A stretch of DNA of 63,162 nt, filler included, from Aduncisulcus paluster (Eukaryota), in NCBI GenBank assembly GCA_024181965.1. It is 29 parts of 29 records of this genome, joined end to end, with 100 filler letters (N's around TTAATTAATTAA, not from the genome) between each part and the next. Parts side by side here need not be neighbours in the genome. Positions count along the whole stretch, not along the records: positions 47,974 to 49,270 come from BQXS01012209.1; positions 49,371 to 50,504 come from BQXS01012210.1; positions 50,605 to 51,870 come from BQXS01012211.1; positions 51,971 to 58,877 come from BQXS01012212.1; positions 58,978 to 60,038 come from BQXS01012213.1; 24 more parts are not named here. One strand, 5' to 3'. Shown here in pieces: positions 47,974 through 60,138 of this stretch. Position 1 is the first letter of the stretch. Each line of letters starts with the position of its first letter. Under the pieces are notes generated by a model that was not told the DNA's origin, did no database searches, and saw only the letters and a program-made list of their open reading frames with translations. Made by a program: the position numbers and the translations under genes.

Positions 47974-48494
47974 GTCTCGCCTTCGTCATGGAGTTGAAGA
48001 ACGTCAAGCGTGGCCGTATCCACGAGTACACCAAGTTCTCCAAGACCGCCAAGTACTTCGCTGGTGAGCGTCCATGGAACGCTGCCAAGGCTGACCTTGC
48101 CTTCCCCTCTGCCACCCAGAACGAGATCAACAAGGAGAATGCCGAGCAACTCGTTGCCAACGGTGTCTTCCTTGTTTCTGAGGGTGCCAACATGCCTTCC
48201 ACCAACGAGGCCATCGAGATCTACCACGCCAACAAGTTCTTGTACGGTCCCGCCAAGGCTGCCAACGCTGGTGGTGTTGCCGTTTCTGGTCTCGAGATGA
48301 GTCAGAACTCCATGCGTCTCTCCTGGACTCGTGAAGAGGTTGATGCCAAGCTCCTCGGAATCATGCAGAACATCTTCAAGAACTGTGCTGAGACCGCTGA
48401 GGAATTCGGTGCCAAGGGTAACTTCCAACTCGGAGCCAACATTGCTGGTTTCAAGAAGGTTGCTGACTCCATGCTCGACCAAGGTTGCTGTTAA
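47974..48494 (+). CDS. gdhA: NADP-specific glutamate dehydrogenase, C-terminal part
   Basis: PSATQNE, EGANMP, KAANAGGVAVSGLEMSQN, GANIAGF.KVA; strong codon bias. Confidence 0.96.
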
Positions 48495-49062
48495 TCTTCT
48501 CGTATCATATCTTTTGAATATCCCTCGAGCGAGATGACATTTTGATTTCTCTTTTGTCATGTAATCCTTTTTTATATATTGGTCAGGCATTTTTATCCGT
48601 AAGGTTTTTATTTCGCTGTTTGTTCATGCATTTTGGCCTGGACTTTCCTCTTGCAATTCGTTTGGTCGTTTGGGGAGGTGGTCATTGAGTGGACAAGCAT
48701 CTTTCAACAATAAAGAATTTCGTTTTCCAAGAAACTTCTAGTTGTTCATCGTATCATCATGGAAATACTTAAATTTTCGTGTGGCTCTTAACATCTGATG
48801 TTAAACATCCTCAAGATGCTAATTGTACAACGGATACCATGAGTATTTGCTGCAAAGCTATCATCAGTGATTTCACACCTTGTGATCACACGAAATGAAA
48901 ACAATTACTAAATTGATTAAAGTCTGTTTATTACCTTATAGTTGCACAATCCGCGTATTTACTCATCTTAGATGTAATCACAAAATGACAAAAAAACTAC
49001 CAATAGATTAACAAGATAAAATTAAAATTACAAACAAACAAATAAAACTGAGTTGATGCATT

Positions 49063-49270
49063 TCAATGGCCGAAATTTAATGAAGTGAATTTCGACAAAT
49101 CATTAACAAACATTTCAATATGTTCCACTCTATCAAATTTCTTACGACGGTAACAACATAAAATCAAAACAGAAATGAATATTACTGCAATAACAATCGA
49201 ACAACCAATGCCGAGCCACAATCCGATACGGGATTTTGGTTGATTCGGGTCAGAAAGCAAAGAAAGTGAA
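49063..49270 (-). CDS. C-terminal transmembrane anchor of a surface protein
   Basis: Hydrophobic helix followed by CCYRRKK. Confidence 0.55.
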
Positions 49271-49370
49271 NNNNNNNNNNNNNNNNNNNNNNNNNNNNNN
49301 NNNNNNNNNNNNNNTTAATTAATTAANNNNNNNNNNNNNNNNNNNNNNNNNNNNNNNNNNNNNNNNNNNN

Positions 49371-50504
49371 AAGAAGAAAGAGAAGAAGAAAGAGAAGAAG
49401 ATAGTTTTACGATTGAAGATCTAGACAAATGCCTGGCAACGTTATTGCCGCGTGGAATGGAGGAGAAGGAAGAGGATAGACTGGACTTTTGTGGAGCTGT
49501 TAGAAATATTGTATTGCGGTTGATAGCTGAGGAAACAGCATCAGAATCGGCACATACAGTATCAAAGGCTATCAGAAATATCACTGTTTTGTGTGAAGTT
49601 GATGAATTGTGTAATATTGCGCGTGAACGGGGTGTATGGAGTCTATTTTTAGGTGTACTTTCTCACCGATTCTCTGAGAGTGGATTGACAGGAATTGAGG
49701 ATCCTGAACTTCCAACTATCTTACAAATACCAAATTCTGTATTATGCGATCTATTTCACGCTTTAATTCTAATGCATCATCAAGCTAACAACTCTGACAA
49801 ACGAAAAATGTGGTGCGAATGCGTTTGTTTATTTGTTGATGTTGAACTTCGCTTCCTATTAACTAATTTCATGATGCAATCCTTTTCATTACCTTCCTCC
49901 TCTTCTTCCTCCTCTGATCAAGTCCGTATGCCTGTTCCATCCTTCGAGCTATATTCATATGCAGATGAGGAGACAATGTTCTCACTCACTTCCCCTTCAA
50001 TGTTACTTGCGGTCTTCCACCCCTCTTCAAACGTGAGAGAAGCTGTTCGTAGATTCATAGTTTGTGTGTTTTCTGATGTATATGATGATCGCAGTAATGA
50101 AAAGTTTCTATTTTTAGGTCCCAATAAGTCCCGTTGCAAGGAAGTTGTCTCCAATTCACTGAAATTACTCCAAACATATAGAGAAATGTGGAAGGATAGC
50201 GCTGAGAAAGTTTCTAAAAATAGAACAAAATCCACCATTCTCTCCGATTCCTCTGCTTCCAGTTCCTCTTCTTCTTCCTCTTCTTCTTCTTCTTCCCCGG
50301 GTTCTTCTATTGCTTCTTCCGGCATTCTTCAAATGAGTGGTCTAAGACATGGAACTCCACCATCCTCACAAATTGGGGTTAATTCGAGCGGAAGTACTTG
50401 TAGTATAAGACATGTTGGTACGACCACTTCCACTAATTTGTTTTCCTCTTCCTCCTCTTCTTACTCTGAATATTCTCTCCCGCCAACACTGTATGTTCTC
50501 TCTC
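49371..50504 (+). CDS. Hypothetical protein (partial, Ser-rich tracts)
   Basis: Frame open across the contig. Confidence 0.65.
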
Positions 50505-50604
50505 NNNNNNNNNNNNNNNNNNNNNNNNNNNNNNNNNNNNNNNNNNNNTTAATTAATTAANNNNNNNNNNNNNNNNNNNNNNNNNNNNNNNNNNNNNNNN
50601 NNNN

Positions 50605-51870
50605 GTCAGAAACGTATCGCTTCTCTGCCTCTCTTCCTTTGGGCAGCTCCTCTTCCGATTTCTTTCTCGATTCGGTGAAGTCTTGTGCGATTGACTTCCG
50701 TTTGAATCTTCCGAACATTAGTTCGTTTGGTGCTATTCCTGTCGTTGCGATTTTCGAACTGTTCAGGATGTGTTCCACGATGGGTAGTAATAGAGGCCAA
50801 TCCGATCTTTCCGCGATCTCTAAGACCAGGGCTTGTAGGTGTCTTTTTAATTCTCGATTGACCCTCTCCACTAGTCCGTTTCCCGTTGGGTGATGGGGTG
50901 TAACCCTGTGATGTACGATGCCTAGGGTATCGTAGAGGTGGTCTGCAAGGTAATTCGCAAATTGTTTACCAGAGTCTGTGTGGATTGTATGGGGGATTCC
51001 GAACATTCCAATTAATTTCATAATGTGGAATAAAGCTTCATGGGCTTCGAGGGTAACGGTTGGAAACAGCTGTGTGTATCTTGTGAATGCATCCCTTGCT
51101 ACGATTACGTATTTGTAGCCATCTGCTGTGGTTGGGAAAGGACCTATTGTGTCGATACACCGTGTATGCAGGGGTTTCTCGTGCATGATGGACAGAGGGA
51201 GGGATTTCTTGTTCTTGAAGGGATTTGATCTGACCTTCTGGCACGTTGCACAGCCTTTTATGAATGTTGCTACATCTTTATAAAGAGTTGGCCATGACAT
51301 CTTCTCGTCTTGAATCATGTCGATGGTGGCCCTGATGCCATGGTGGCCGGCTGTGGCGTTGTGAAAACATTTGATGATAGCTTTGTGTAGCTTAGTGTCT
51401 TTTGGGGGAATGTAGATGAGATCGTTGTCCTCGAATGATGAGACACCGTTCTCTAGTTTGATCGTCTTGTCTCCGTCATAGGGGTGTGACTTCTGTGAGG
51501 AGGCGATTTGTTCTTTGAGGTCGTCGAAGTTTGTCAGTACAGCTCTGACCTCTTTGTTGTCAAGTTTTTTGATATTCCTTGACAATGTGTCTGCGATGAT
51601 ATTTTCTTTCCCTGGAATGTGTTTGATGTTGAAGTCAAATTGTTGGAGGTACAGGTACCATCTGATCACGCGTGCATTTTTGCTGCGTTGGAGCCATTGC
51701 AAGTTTTTGTGGTCTGTTTCCACGGTGAAGGGGACTCCTTGAAGGAGTTGTTCTGCCTTTTCGATGCATTTCTTTATCGCGAAGGCTTCTTGATCGTGAG
51801 TAGACCATCTTCGTTGCGTTGGTGTGAGCGTTGCACTGAAGAACATGACTGGTTCCTCTTCTCCCGCTTC
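50605..51870 (-). CDS. pol: Gypsy RNase H-integrase (partial)
   Basis: TDH, ADTLSR, H..GH...C..C, DTIGP, TDSG, NGLVERVN. Confidence 0.93.
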
Positions 51871-51970
51871 NNNNNNNNNNNNNNNNNNNNNNNNNNNNNN
51901 NNNNNNNNNNNNNNTTAATTAATTAANNNNNNNNNNNNNNNNNNNNNNNNNNNNNNNNNNNNNNNNNNNN

Positions 51971-53562
51971 TGAGGAGTGCTCGCAGCTCCAACGAAGTGA
52001 TGTGGTTCTCTTCGGCTTGGATGGCTACAGACCACTCCCTCGTCTCTCCTGAGGCGTGTTCCTTCACTACTATCCCGTAAGCTTCGTGTGAAGCGTCCGT
52101 CATTATTGTCAAGGCGGCTGATGGGCTTCTCATCGGGAATGAGCCCACGTCGAGCATTTCCAACCATGTGGCTCTTGCTTCCCTTGAAACAACTGGATCC
52201 TTGGCAAACACATCCCTGGACACTGATGCCAGCCATGGGGCTATTCGTGTCACAAAGTTCAGTTTCCCGCGGAGGACGCTCGCCTCGTGTCTTGAACGAT
52301 GTTTTTTTCCTGATGCAGAGCTTCCACAATAGTCTTCTTCCTGGCGTCGGTTACGCCCAGCGATCTCTCCCTTGTGTCGATGACCAAACCGAGATATTCC
52401 ACTGATTGAGTCGGGCCAAACACCTTCGAAGGTGAGAAGGCCATACCCAAGGTCTCTAGGAAAGCAATGAGCTTGGGAGCTTCTTCCCTCGCCTCGCTCT
52501 CCGTCCGAAAAGTGAAGAGGAAGTCGTCGAGGTATACCGTCCCAAGCCAACCTCTCTTTCGGCAAAGACGAATGGCTGTTCCTGTAATTGTCTGGAAAAC
52601 GAACGGGGCTAAACGTCCCCCGAAAGGCAGGCAGGTGAAGGCGTAACGTTTCTCTCCTATCTGAACACCTAGCAGTTTCCAATCCTTTTCCCTCACCCTC
52701 AGCTGGAAGTATCCGGAGGTTAGGTCGAGTTTCAGCATCTGCCATACTGCCCATGAATCTGATATGCAGCCAGGGGTGAATTGCCTCCTCGGTAATGACG
52801 ATGCATCGAAAGAGCCCTTGACAGGTGACAAGGTGGATAGCGAGCTGGAGCAGGAAACTGGCGGTAAGACAACAGAACAGGAGTGTGGTGAGCGAGAAGA
52901 TAGAGTCGCGGCCAGGGGTAACCCAGGAGGGGACCTGGCCGTAGCTATAAAGGGCACTTACCGGGTATGTGCATCTTTCCGCAAGCCTTACACAAGGAAG
53001 CAGGTTTCTTGGGACGAGTAAAGCCTGTGGGCTTAGAGGAGTGGCTCCCAAATGATCTACGTTTCCCAGGGAGGGAATCTTCATGCCGGTTAATTGCACG
53101 GATTCTCTTTGCGACTGCGGCGATGTGAGCGGTCCACTCGCGCTGACCTTCGAGGTATAGCTGCCTTGACGTTTCAAAGGCCACCTTCTTACGCATAATG
53201 TCGGCAGCAGCGAAAGAAAAGACAAACTCGTCGAACAAAGCGTCCAGAAGCGTAGGGGTAAAAGGTCCGCTCTGCAACTCTTCAGAAAACAGCGCATGCA
53301 TGCAGTCAATACGTTCCAGCAAAAGGAAACCCGCTGGTGATAGGCCCCACTCACGTCGCTTCTCCCTCTCGTTTCTTCTCTGTGTTTCTTGTCGGAGCAA
53401 GGCAAGTTCTGCCCGGAGTTTTTGAATCTCCGACAACTGTGGCTCCTCTGTGCCGCTGGGCTGTGAAGAAGTGGCTCCAGCCGGAGCGAGACTGGCAGTT
53501 TGTTGTCGTACGGACAAACTAGAGGATTCTTCTGAGGATTTCTCAATTTCATTAGTAGGCAT
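51971..53562 (-). mobile_element. DIRS-like retrotransposon: gag (53562-52945) plus RT/RNase H (52957 to contig end)
   Basis: LDLTSGYFQ, LPFG, YLDDFL, YLGLVIDT, TDAS, HITSLELRA; gag ends in CxxCxxxHxxxxC; frameshift at T7 52302-52308; tyrosine recombinase core not seen. Confidence 0.85.
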
Positions 53563-55066
53563 TAATAATAAAATATAAATTAACGAACTTAGCTCTCGAC
53601 AAAAGCTAAATAAGCGCAAAATCCAGTTTCGTTTTGTGAAACTAGAACACCTGTTTCCAAAACCGAAATAACACCGATTATAATATAATAATCAAAATAA
53701 TATCTTAAATTTTCATTTAAAATCATAATGATTCTTTTCCTGGCCTGTGGAAAAGATTACCACCTAGATCTGGGCCAGCTACGATACTTTTATTTTATGA
53801 ACAAGAAGATCTAATCTTTCTAGGTCTAGTGTGTTCAGAAGCTTTATTTGCAAATTCAGCACGTATTAGAAAAGGGTTAAAATTATCCGATGAAATCAAG
53901 ATGATTTTCGCGGATCTGTTTAAAAAATATGCTAGCTATTTAAAAGAAATAGATATTTTGTGGTATAAAACAAATAGAATATTATATTTTGTACGGCTTG
54001 CTCAAGGAATTGAAAAAAATCCCTTATTTCGACAACGATGAAGATTGCCTTGACCTAATAATACAATTAGATCCTCTTTTTGATGGGAATAGACATCTTT
54101 CAGACCAGAAACAGAGCCCAAAAAAATGGCTATCGGTGTATAATATGAAACAAGACATTACGACCGAAGAGACTTTGTAACGCGTATGCAATTTACTATA
54201 ATAAATGAACATCAGATTTGTGGTCTAAAAATAGATCACATCATATTTCACTACCCCTTTTTCTCCTTTTCCCTTCTTTTCAAGCTCGTAGGAGCAGGGT
54301 CTAAAAATAGATAACTCTAACAATTATTTTGAACACATGTATAAGTTAGTGTTGAAACTTTTCCTCCATCGATTTCTATAGTCGAGCGGTATTGACCGGA
54401 GTCCATTTGCTATATTACTCCTAAATACTGNNNNNNNNNNNNNNNNNNNNACAAGACATTACGACCGAAGAGACTTTGTAACGCGTATGCAATTTACTAT
54501 AATAAATGAACATCAGATTTGTGGTCTAAAAATAGATCACATCATATTTCACTACCCCTTTTTCTCCTTTTCCCTTCTTTTCAAGCTCGTAGGAGCAGGG
54601 TCTAAAAATAGATAACTCTAACAATTATTTTGAACACATGTATAAGTTAGTGTTGAAACTTTTCCTCCATCGATTTCTATAGTCGAGCGGTATTGACCGG
54701 AGTCCATTTGCTATATTACTCCTAAATACTGTGCCAAACGCTCGACTAATTACTTTGTTATTATTATAACCCAATTCATCTGTAGAGAAGTTCCCTGGTA
54801 CTAGCATTAATGATCATGAGCCTCATAACGATGGCAGCGTTTCTGAACGAACAGTTTCATGCGTAGATGTAGAAGAGATCGATACAGACACTAGTAGTGT
54901 TCCAGATGAATCGATGTGGGCCAGAAAAACAAATAAAAGGAGATATTATTCGAATAAATAAGTCTTATGGGAAATAATTTATTGTAAATAAAAACGATGA
55001 GAAAAGATAATCTTGATATTATTGTCTTGTGTACTACATCATATAAGAGCCATTGTTGCTATCAAT

Positions 55067-55588
55067 ATGCCAGGAGCCAGACCTATTTCAGATCGTCAAT
55101 TGCTCGAATATATCGCCGACCTCAGTGAAAGAGGTATTAAGCTGCAAACAGAAAAGGGTATGGGTAGAATATCAAAATGTATTCGTTTAGCCATCCAGTG
55201 GAGGAAACACGAGGGGAACAAGGTTATTAAGGATGCGATTGAATCTCTTTCAAGCTCACCTTCGATCACAATCAGCAGTGTAAAGGAGAAACTTAGGCGA
55301 TCTTTCCGATCAAAATTAATTGAAGAAGGCAATCCAAATCCAGATGATGCCGCAGAAAGTTTGGTTGGATTTTTAGCCTACAACATCAAACGCCTCTTAA
55401 GAGACCATGCACAAACAACGAATCCAAGAGTCAGATCCTCTCAAACACGGGATGATGATGCATTTTTATTCATTAGAAGAGAATCCACAGGTGATGAATC
55501 TCAGTTACTATCTGGAGAAGTTACAAACTTAAGTACTACTTCTGGAATTCCTGATGATCAAGTTGAAATTGAAGATGATCACGAATAA
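55067..55588 (+). CDS. Hypothetical protein, possibly a transposon accessory ORF
   Basis: 173-aa ORF from ATG just upstream of the transposase on the same strand. Confidence 0.55.
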   Translation: MPGARPISDRQLLEYIADLSERGIKLQTEKGMGRISKCIRLAIQWRKHEGNKVIKDAIESLSSSPSITISSVKEKLRRSFRSKLIEEGNPNPDDAAESLVGFLAYNIKRLLRDHAQTTNPRVRSSQTRDDDAFLFIRRESTGDESQLLSGEVTNLSTTSGIPDDQVEIEDDHE

Positions 55589-55728
55589 ATTAATTTAACT
55601 GCTGTAAAATTTATAATTGTAATGAAATCTTCATTTTATGTAATGACAAATTATTCTTTCGTAAGCATAAATTGTCGCTAATATTTATTTATTTCTATTC
55701 ACTTTTTCTTGTTATACTATGACATAGT

Positions 55729-57447
55729 ATGAGACAATTTAACACACGAAAATGTATGTAAAAATTCGATTTGTTTCCTTCATTTAAATTTCGTTCTCTT
55801 TATAATTCTAATATATCTCCTAGCAATAAGGGATTTTAAAGGCCGTCTTCCTGAATCCTATTATGTTTTTACAGATAATTTGTTTTATTCTTTTTCTTCT
55901 GCACGGATTCAACGAACTTCAAATGTACATTACGCTCTTTCTAGTTTATCCCCCCCAATCTTCCGTTGCCAACAGAATGAAGTTCACGAGTATACGATAG
56001 AGTATAATGAAGGGGTGAAATTGCTGAAATATATCCGGTCAATCCCTGGAAACGTGTTGAAAGTATCCGATATCATCCATGACGGCACACCATCTGTTAC
56101 CACAATACCACAGGTTGAACCATTGTCAGATGACTTTGGTGGAGGTGCAGAAGATGATATCAGTACCATTCGAATGCAACGCTCATATATCCATGAGTGT
56201 CAGATTGCATGTGACGAATTAACATACGCTGAAAAGGTTGAGAAAATTAGTCAATCTATATCTTCAATCAGATGTTCACGAGAAGATAAGCGTGTATTAG
56301 TCGGTACCCTTCAACGTACATTTACTCCAACTCTCAGTGCAAGATGTGTGACCGATCTTCCAAGCTCAATTATTTCTTTCACACAAAATGAGAGTATATC
56401 AACATATGGAACCCTTGTCAAAACAGTATCATTCAAACTAAGAGATATATTATCACATATGCTGTCGCAATACCATGCAAATCTGACAAGCCATATTTCA
56501 TTCACTGAAACTTCCTCCTGGCGAGAAGGAACACAACCCCTTGGTGACGGATGTTTTCCGATCGGGATAATGACATTTACAGACGACATGCCTCTGACAG
56601 GGATGGCGTATAATCCTGTCCAAGTTACTTCAATTACAATTGTTAATTTTAGTCCATTTTTTCGCAGCAGGCTGCAAAGTCGTTATTTGTTGAGCCTGCG
56701 ACCAGGGGGTAAAGTTTCTGATAAAACACGAGTTATAGAAAGGTATATTATCAACGAGCTTCGAGAAACCAACGGAAGTTTGTTGTGGCATGGGGGAAGG
56801 AAGGAGTACGTTCATGTGGGACTTTTTCATTTCTGTCATAAGGCCGATTCTCCCCAGCGACATGAGCACCTTGATATCCCGAAACCTGGGGGATTATGCA
56901 GGAAGAAATGTTCGATTTGTGATGTTCCTCGTGATCAGTTGAAAGTTATAGATAGAAGCCACCAGAAAAGAACTGACATTACCAATCCATTTCATACGCC
57001 TCCTCTTCCTTCTGACCTACTGCATATGGAAGGTAGAACAATGTCAAAGGTTCTGATTCCGATGTATGTAAAGGAATTTCAACAAAAAGGTGTTTTTGAT
57101 CGCGTGTGCAAGCTGTTAAGCGACTATCGCTGTGGGAAGAATATATCTCTGCTGCATTCTATATCTTTCACAGCACACCAGTTTTATGAGCTTTGCTATG
57201 TCTTGCCAGCATTATGCTCAATGTATCATATAGACGAAAAGTTGATCAAGGCTGCAACATACCGGGCAGAATATCAGTATCTTATTATGAAAAACTATTC
57301 AGAATGGATAGATGAGAAGGAAACCGTAATTGACAGAATTGTAGATCTGCTAAAGAAACATCGGAAAGTGCTTCTGCAATTCAATCCGGATAGAATTGCA
57401 ACATGTTTGTTTGTTCACATGTTTCCATCGCATTTTAAGGAAATGTG
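55729..57447 (+). CDS. Divergent CMC-like transposase with a 70-nt intron (55754-55823), 3' truncated
   Basis: Splicing GTATGT...CTAG gives MRQFNTRKS IRDFKG... in frame with the 55880 ORF; motifs as at 20816; similarity to the paralogue stops at 57447. Confidence 0.62.
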
Positions 57448-57613
57448 CAAAGTTTCCACTAGTTTTGACCTGCTTCAAAATAGGTAATAAATAATATATA
57501 TATTAATATCTTGGAGTATTCTTTTGTGTATTGTTATTAAAAACTCCAGTCAGCACATCAATTATCTACTATGTGAATGTATTTTGTGTTGACTTTGCTG
57601 AATCAAAAAAATC

Positions 57614-58877
57614 ATGATTGAAATAATGATCAATTCAATTAAAAGGATATTTGATTGGGTTATTAAAAAAGAAGGGAAAAAAGAAAAACTGTGGATGAAA
57701 TATAGAAAGATTATCGGAAAAAAAGATTTGTCAAAAGAATCCACCCTTGATCTCGCCGTTGAAGATATTAAACTAAGTTTTAATCCATCAAAAGAAGAAA
57801 TTATTGAATGTAATCGTTGTAAAACAAAGATAAAAAATGATATCCAATTTCAATGCTTCCATATATTAAGTTTACTTCACCAATCAGCCCAACAGACACA
57901 GCATTCAATAATAAGAGAAATTCAATTAGGAAAAAGAAGATTTCGAAGAATGGTAATAGATAAATCAATTAAGACTGGAATCCCAATATGTGCCGTCTGC
58001 GATTTCCTTGATATTGAATTGCAGAAATATATTATTGATTTCGCCCACGCAACGAAATTAATTAAGTCAACATTATACAAAGAATCGAAAGATTCAACTC
58101 ATATATCCCTGATGAAAGCACGCTCATTGGCCTTACGGCCACCATATTCAATAATTATCGATAAGACTATTTCCCATGGAAAGTCTGTATTATCGATAAT
58201 TATTCACAATGAGATTGGAACATTCTCGGTCGGATACGTAAATGTTGGAGAATTAAAAGATAAATTGTTTGTCGATGCATTCAAAAACGAGATGTTGATT
58301 TCTGCCCAACATGAAGAAGGAACGATAACAACTGGAAGATATCCCATAATCTTCCCAAAATCTTCAAAATACTACAATGCTACAATATCATCTTTGCTTA
58401 CAAATTTAGAATCTTCATTAGCGTTTTCCCAAGAACGGATCAAAAGAATTTTACCACCCCCTCACGAAGTTTTGTCAAAAAGGTTAATTAAGGAATTTAA
58501 TGATATCGGAATTCATAAAGATGACATATCAACAATTATTAGTGATAGAGAGCCATTAATGGTGAAAATATGTCAGGAACTTGTCGAAGAATCCTATGGT
58601 GATTTTTGGACCCCATGTATATCTCACTTGATTAACATTTTAATTAAGCAATACATTGACTTCTATTTCCCTGATATTCCCAACTTATTGGGCAATTTAT
58701 CACGTATATTTGATAAATATCAGAGGGAATCCAGGGCTCTCGCAAAAGAGTTTGGTTTACCCCTCATTAATTATACTCCAATTAGATGGTCTTCGCTCTT
58801 AGAATGTTATAAACACATTTGTCAACATTGGGACTTATATTATAATATCATAATTAAAGTTGTTAAACAAACGGAAG
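57614..58877 (+). CDS. hAT-superfamily transposase (3' partial)
   Basis: BED-like CNRC...H..H, IIIDKT, ISDRE, CISHLINI (CxxH), IRWSS. Confidence 0.8.
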
Positions 58878-58977
58878 NNNNNNNNNNNNNNNNNNNNNNN
58901 NNNNNNNNNNNNNNNNNNNNNTTAATTAATTAANNNNNNNNNNNNNNNNNNNNNNNNNNNNNNNNNNNNNNNNNNNN

Positions 58978-59462
58978 GATGGAGATTCTCGGCATAATGT
59001 TAGATTTAAACGTCGTAGAGCTTGTAATGGGAGGAGCCAGTTTGTATTAGCCAAACGACTTCTTCCATCTGTTCTTCTTTCTCGACGTTTGATATCTCCT
59101 CGAGTAGTATACTCAAGTTTGAGTTGATCGACTCCATTCACTTCAGTCCACTCATGTTCACATTGGGAGAGGAAGGTATTGAATGCAGTTGTGAAGAAGG
59201 AGAGTGTTAGAGCAGAAAGAAGCAAAGAGATTCGATTGCAATCAGTGTCAACCAAGAGGCTTTTGATTCCAAGACCACCATCTCTTTGTTGGGTATGAAG
59301 AAAAGAGTTTGGTGTGCCTCTCATTGGGAGTCTGAAAGTTTTCTTGACAGTCTTGGCGATTTGAATGTCAGCAAAAGCCAAATCTTTGCGACGAATCCAT
59401 CCAAGCCTGCCATGGAATGTGAATGAAGGAATAATATGAGAATTCACAGCAAGGATCAATTG
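58978..59462 (-). mobile_element. 5'-truncated non-LTR retrotransposon, RT thumb region
   Basis: NSHIIP...D..I...VK....LP...P..FLH....GGLGI motif typical of R2/RLE-type RTs. Confidence 0.7.
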
Positions 59463-60138
59463 AAAAGGTGTGAGGTAGTATAGTACTGTAAAGTCAAAAT
59501 CTTGGGCCTGTATCTCAAGAAGGGGTGACTTTCTCAGAAATCTATTAATAGATTTACAATCAACTTAGTCCCTATTATTGGTATATTTTTGCAGAATTCG
59601 AAAATGATAACCACAGCTCTCTACAGAGTGAAGTATAGTAGTAATACTTTATTTTGGTTGTCACACCGAAAATATAGGCCTGAGGCTAGTGCCTCCCCAG
59701 CAGCTGTGGTGGCCGTTCGCCACATATTCCAACAAACTGCCCATATTTATCATCCCCTTTTCGCTTCTGCTCACTTTCACTCAACTAACCGAGTTCTTGG
59801 GGTCATCAGAAGGTCAGAGACAATAACATATGAGAGTTTTTCAAATCAGTTCTTTGTAATTATGAAACTTGTGGTTGTGCTAAACAAATATTCAATAAAA
59901 ACTTTATATCGGATCGTTACGGTAACACAATTTATTATACTTCTGATCAGGCGGTAATCACCGGTACCGCCTGTGCCCAGCCGCCGCCAACACCCTCCTC
60001 AACTCTCTTCAAGGATGACCGTGGTCACCCTTAGAGGTNNNNNNNNNNNNNNNNNNNNNNNNNNNNNNNNNNNNNNNNNNNNTTAATTAATTAANNNNNN
60101 NNNNNNNNNNNNNNNNNNNNNNNNNNNNNNNNNNNNNN

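Noticed and set aside
53626..53640. Second CAC-type transposon end (TTCGTTTTGTG)
   Set aside because: Short resemblance to 15856 only, with no subterminal repeats or junction support
51971..58877. Single composite RT plus transposase system, or a bacterial retron/DGR RT
   Set aside because: The RT has gag and RNase H of DIRS type; junctions fit independent nested insertions
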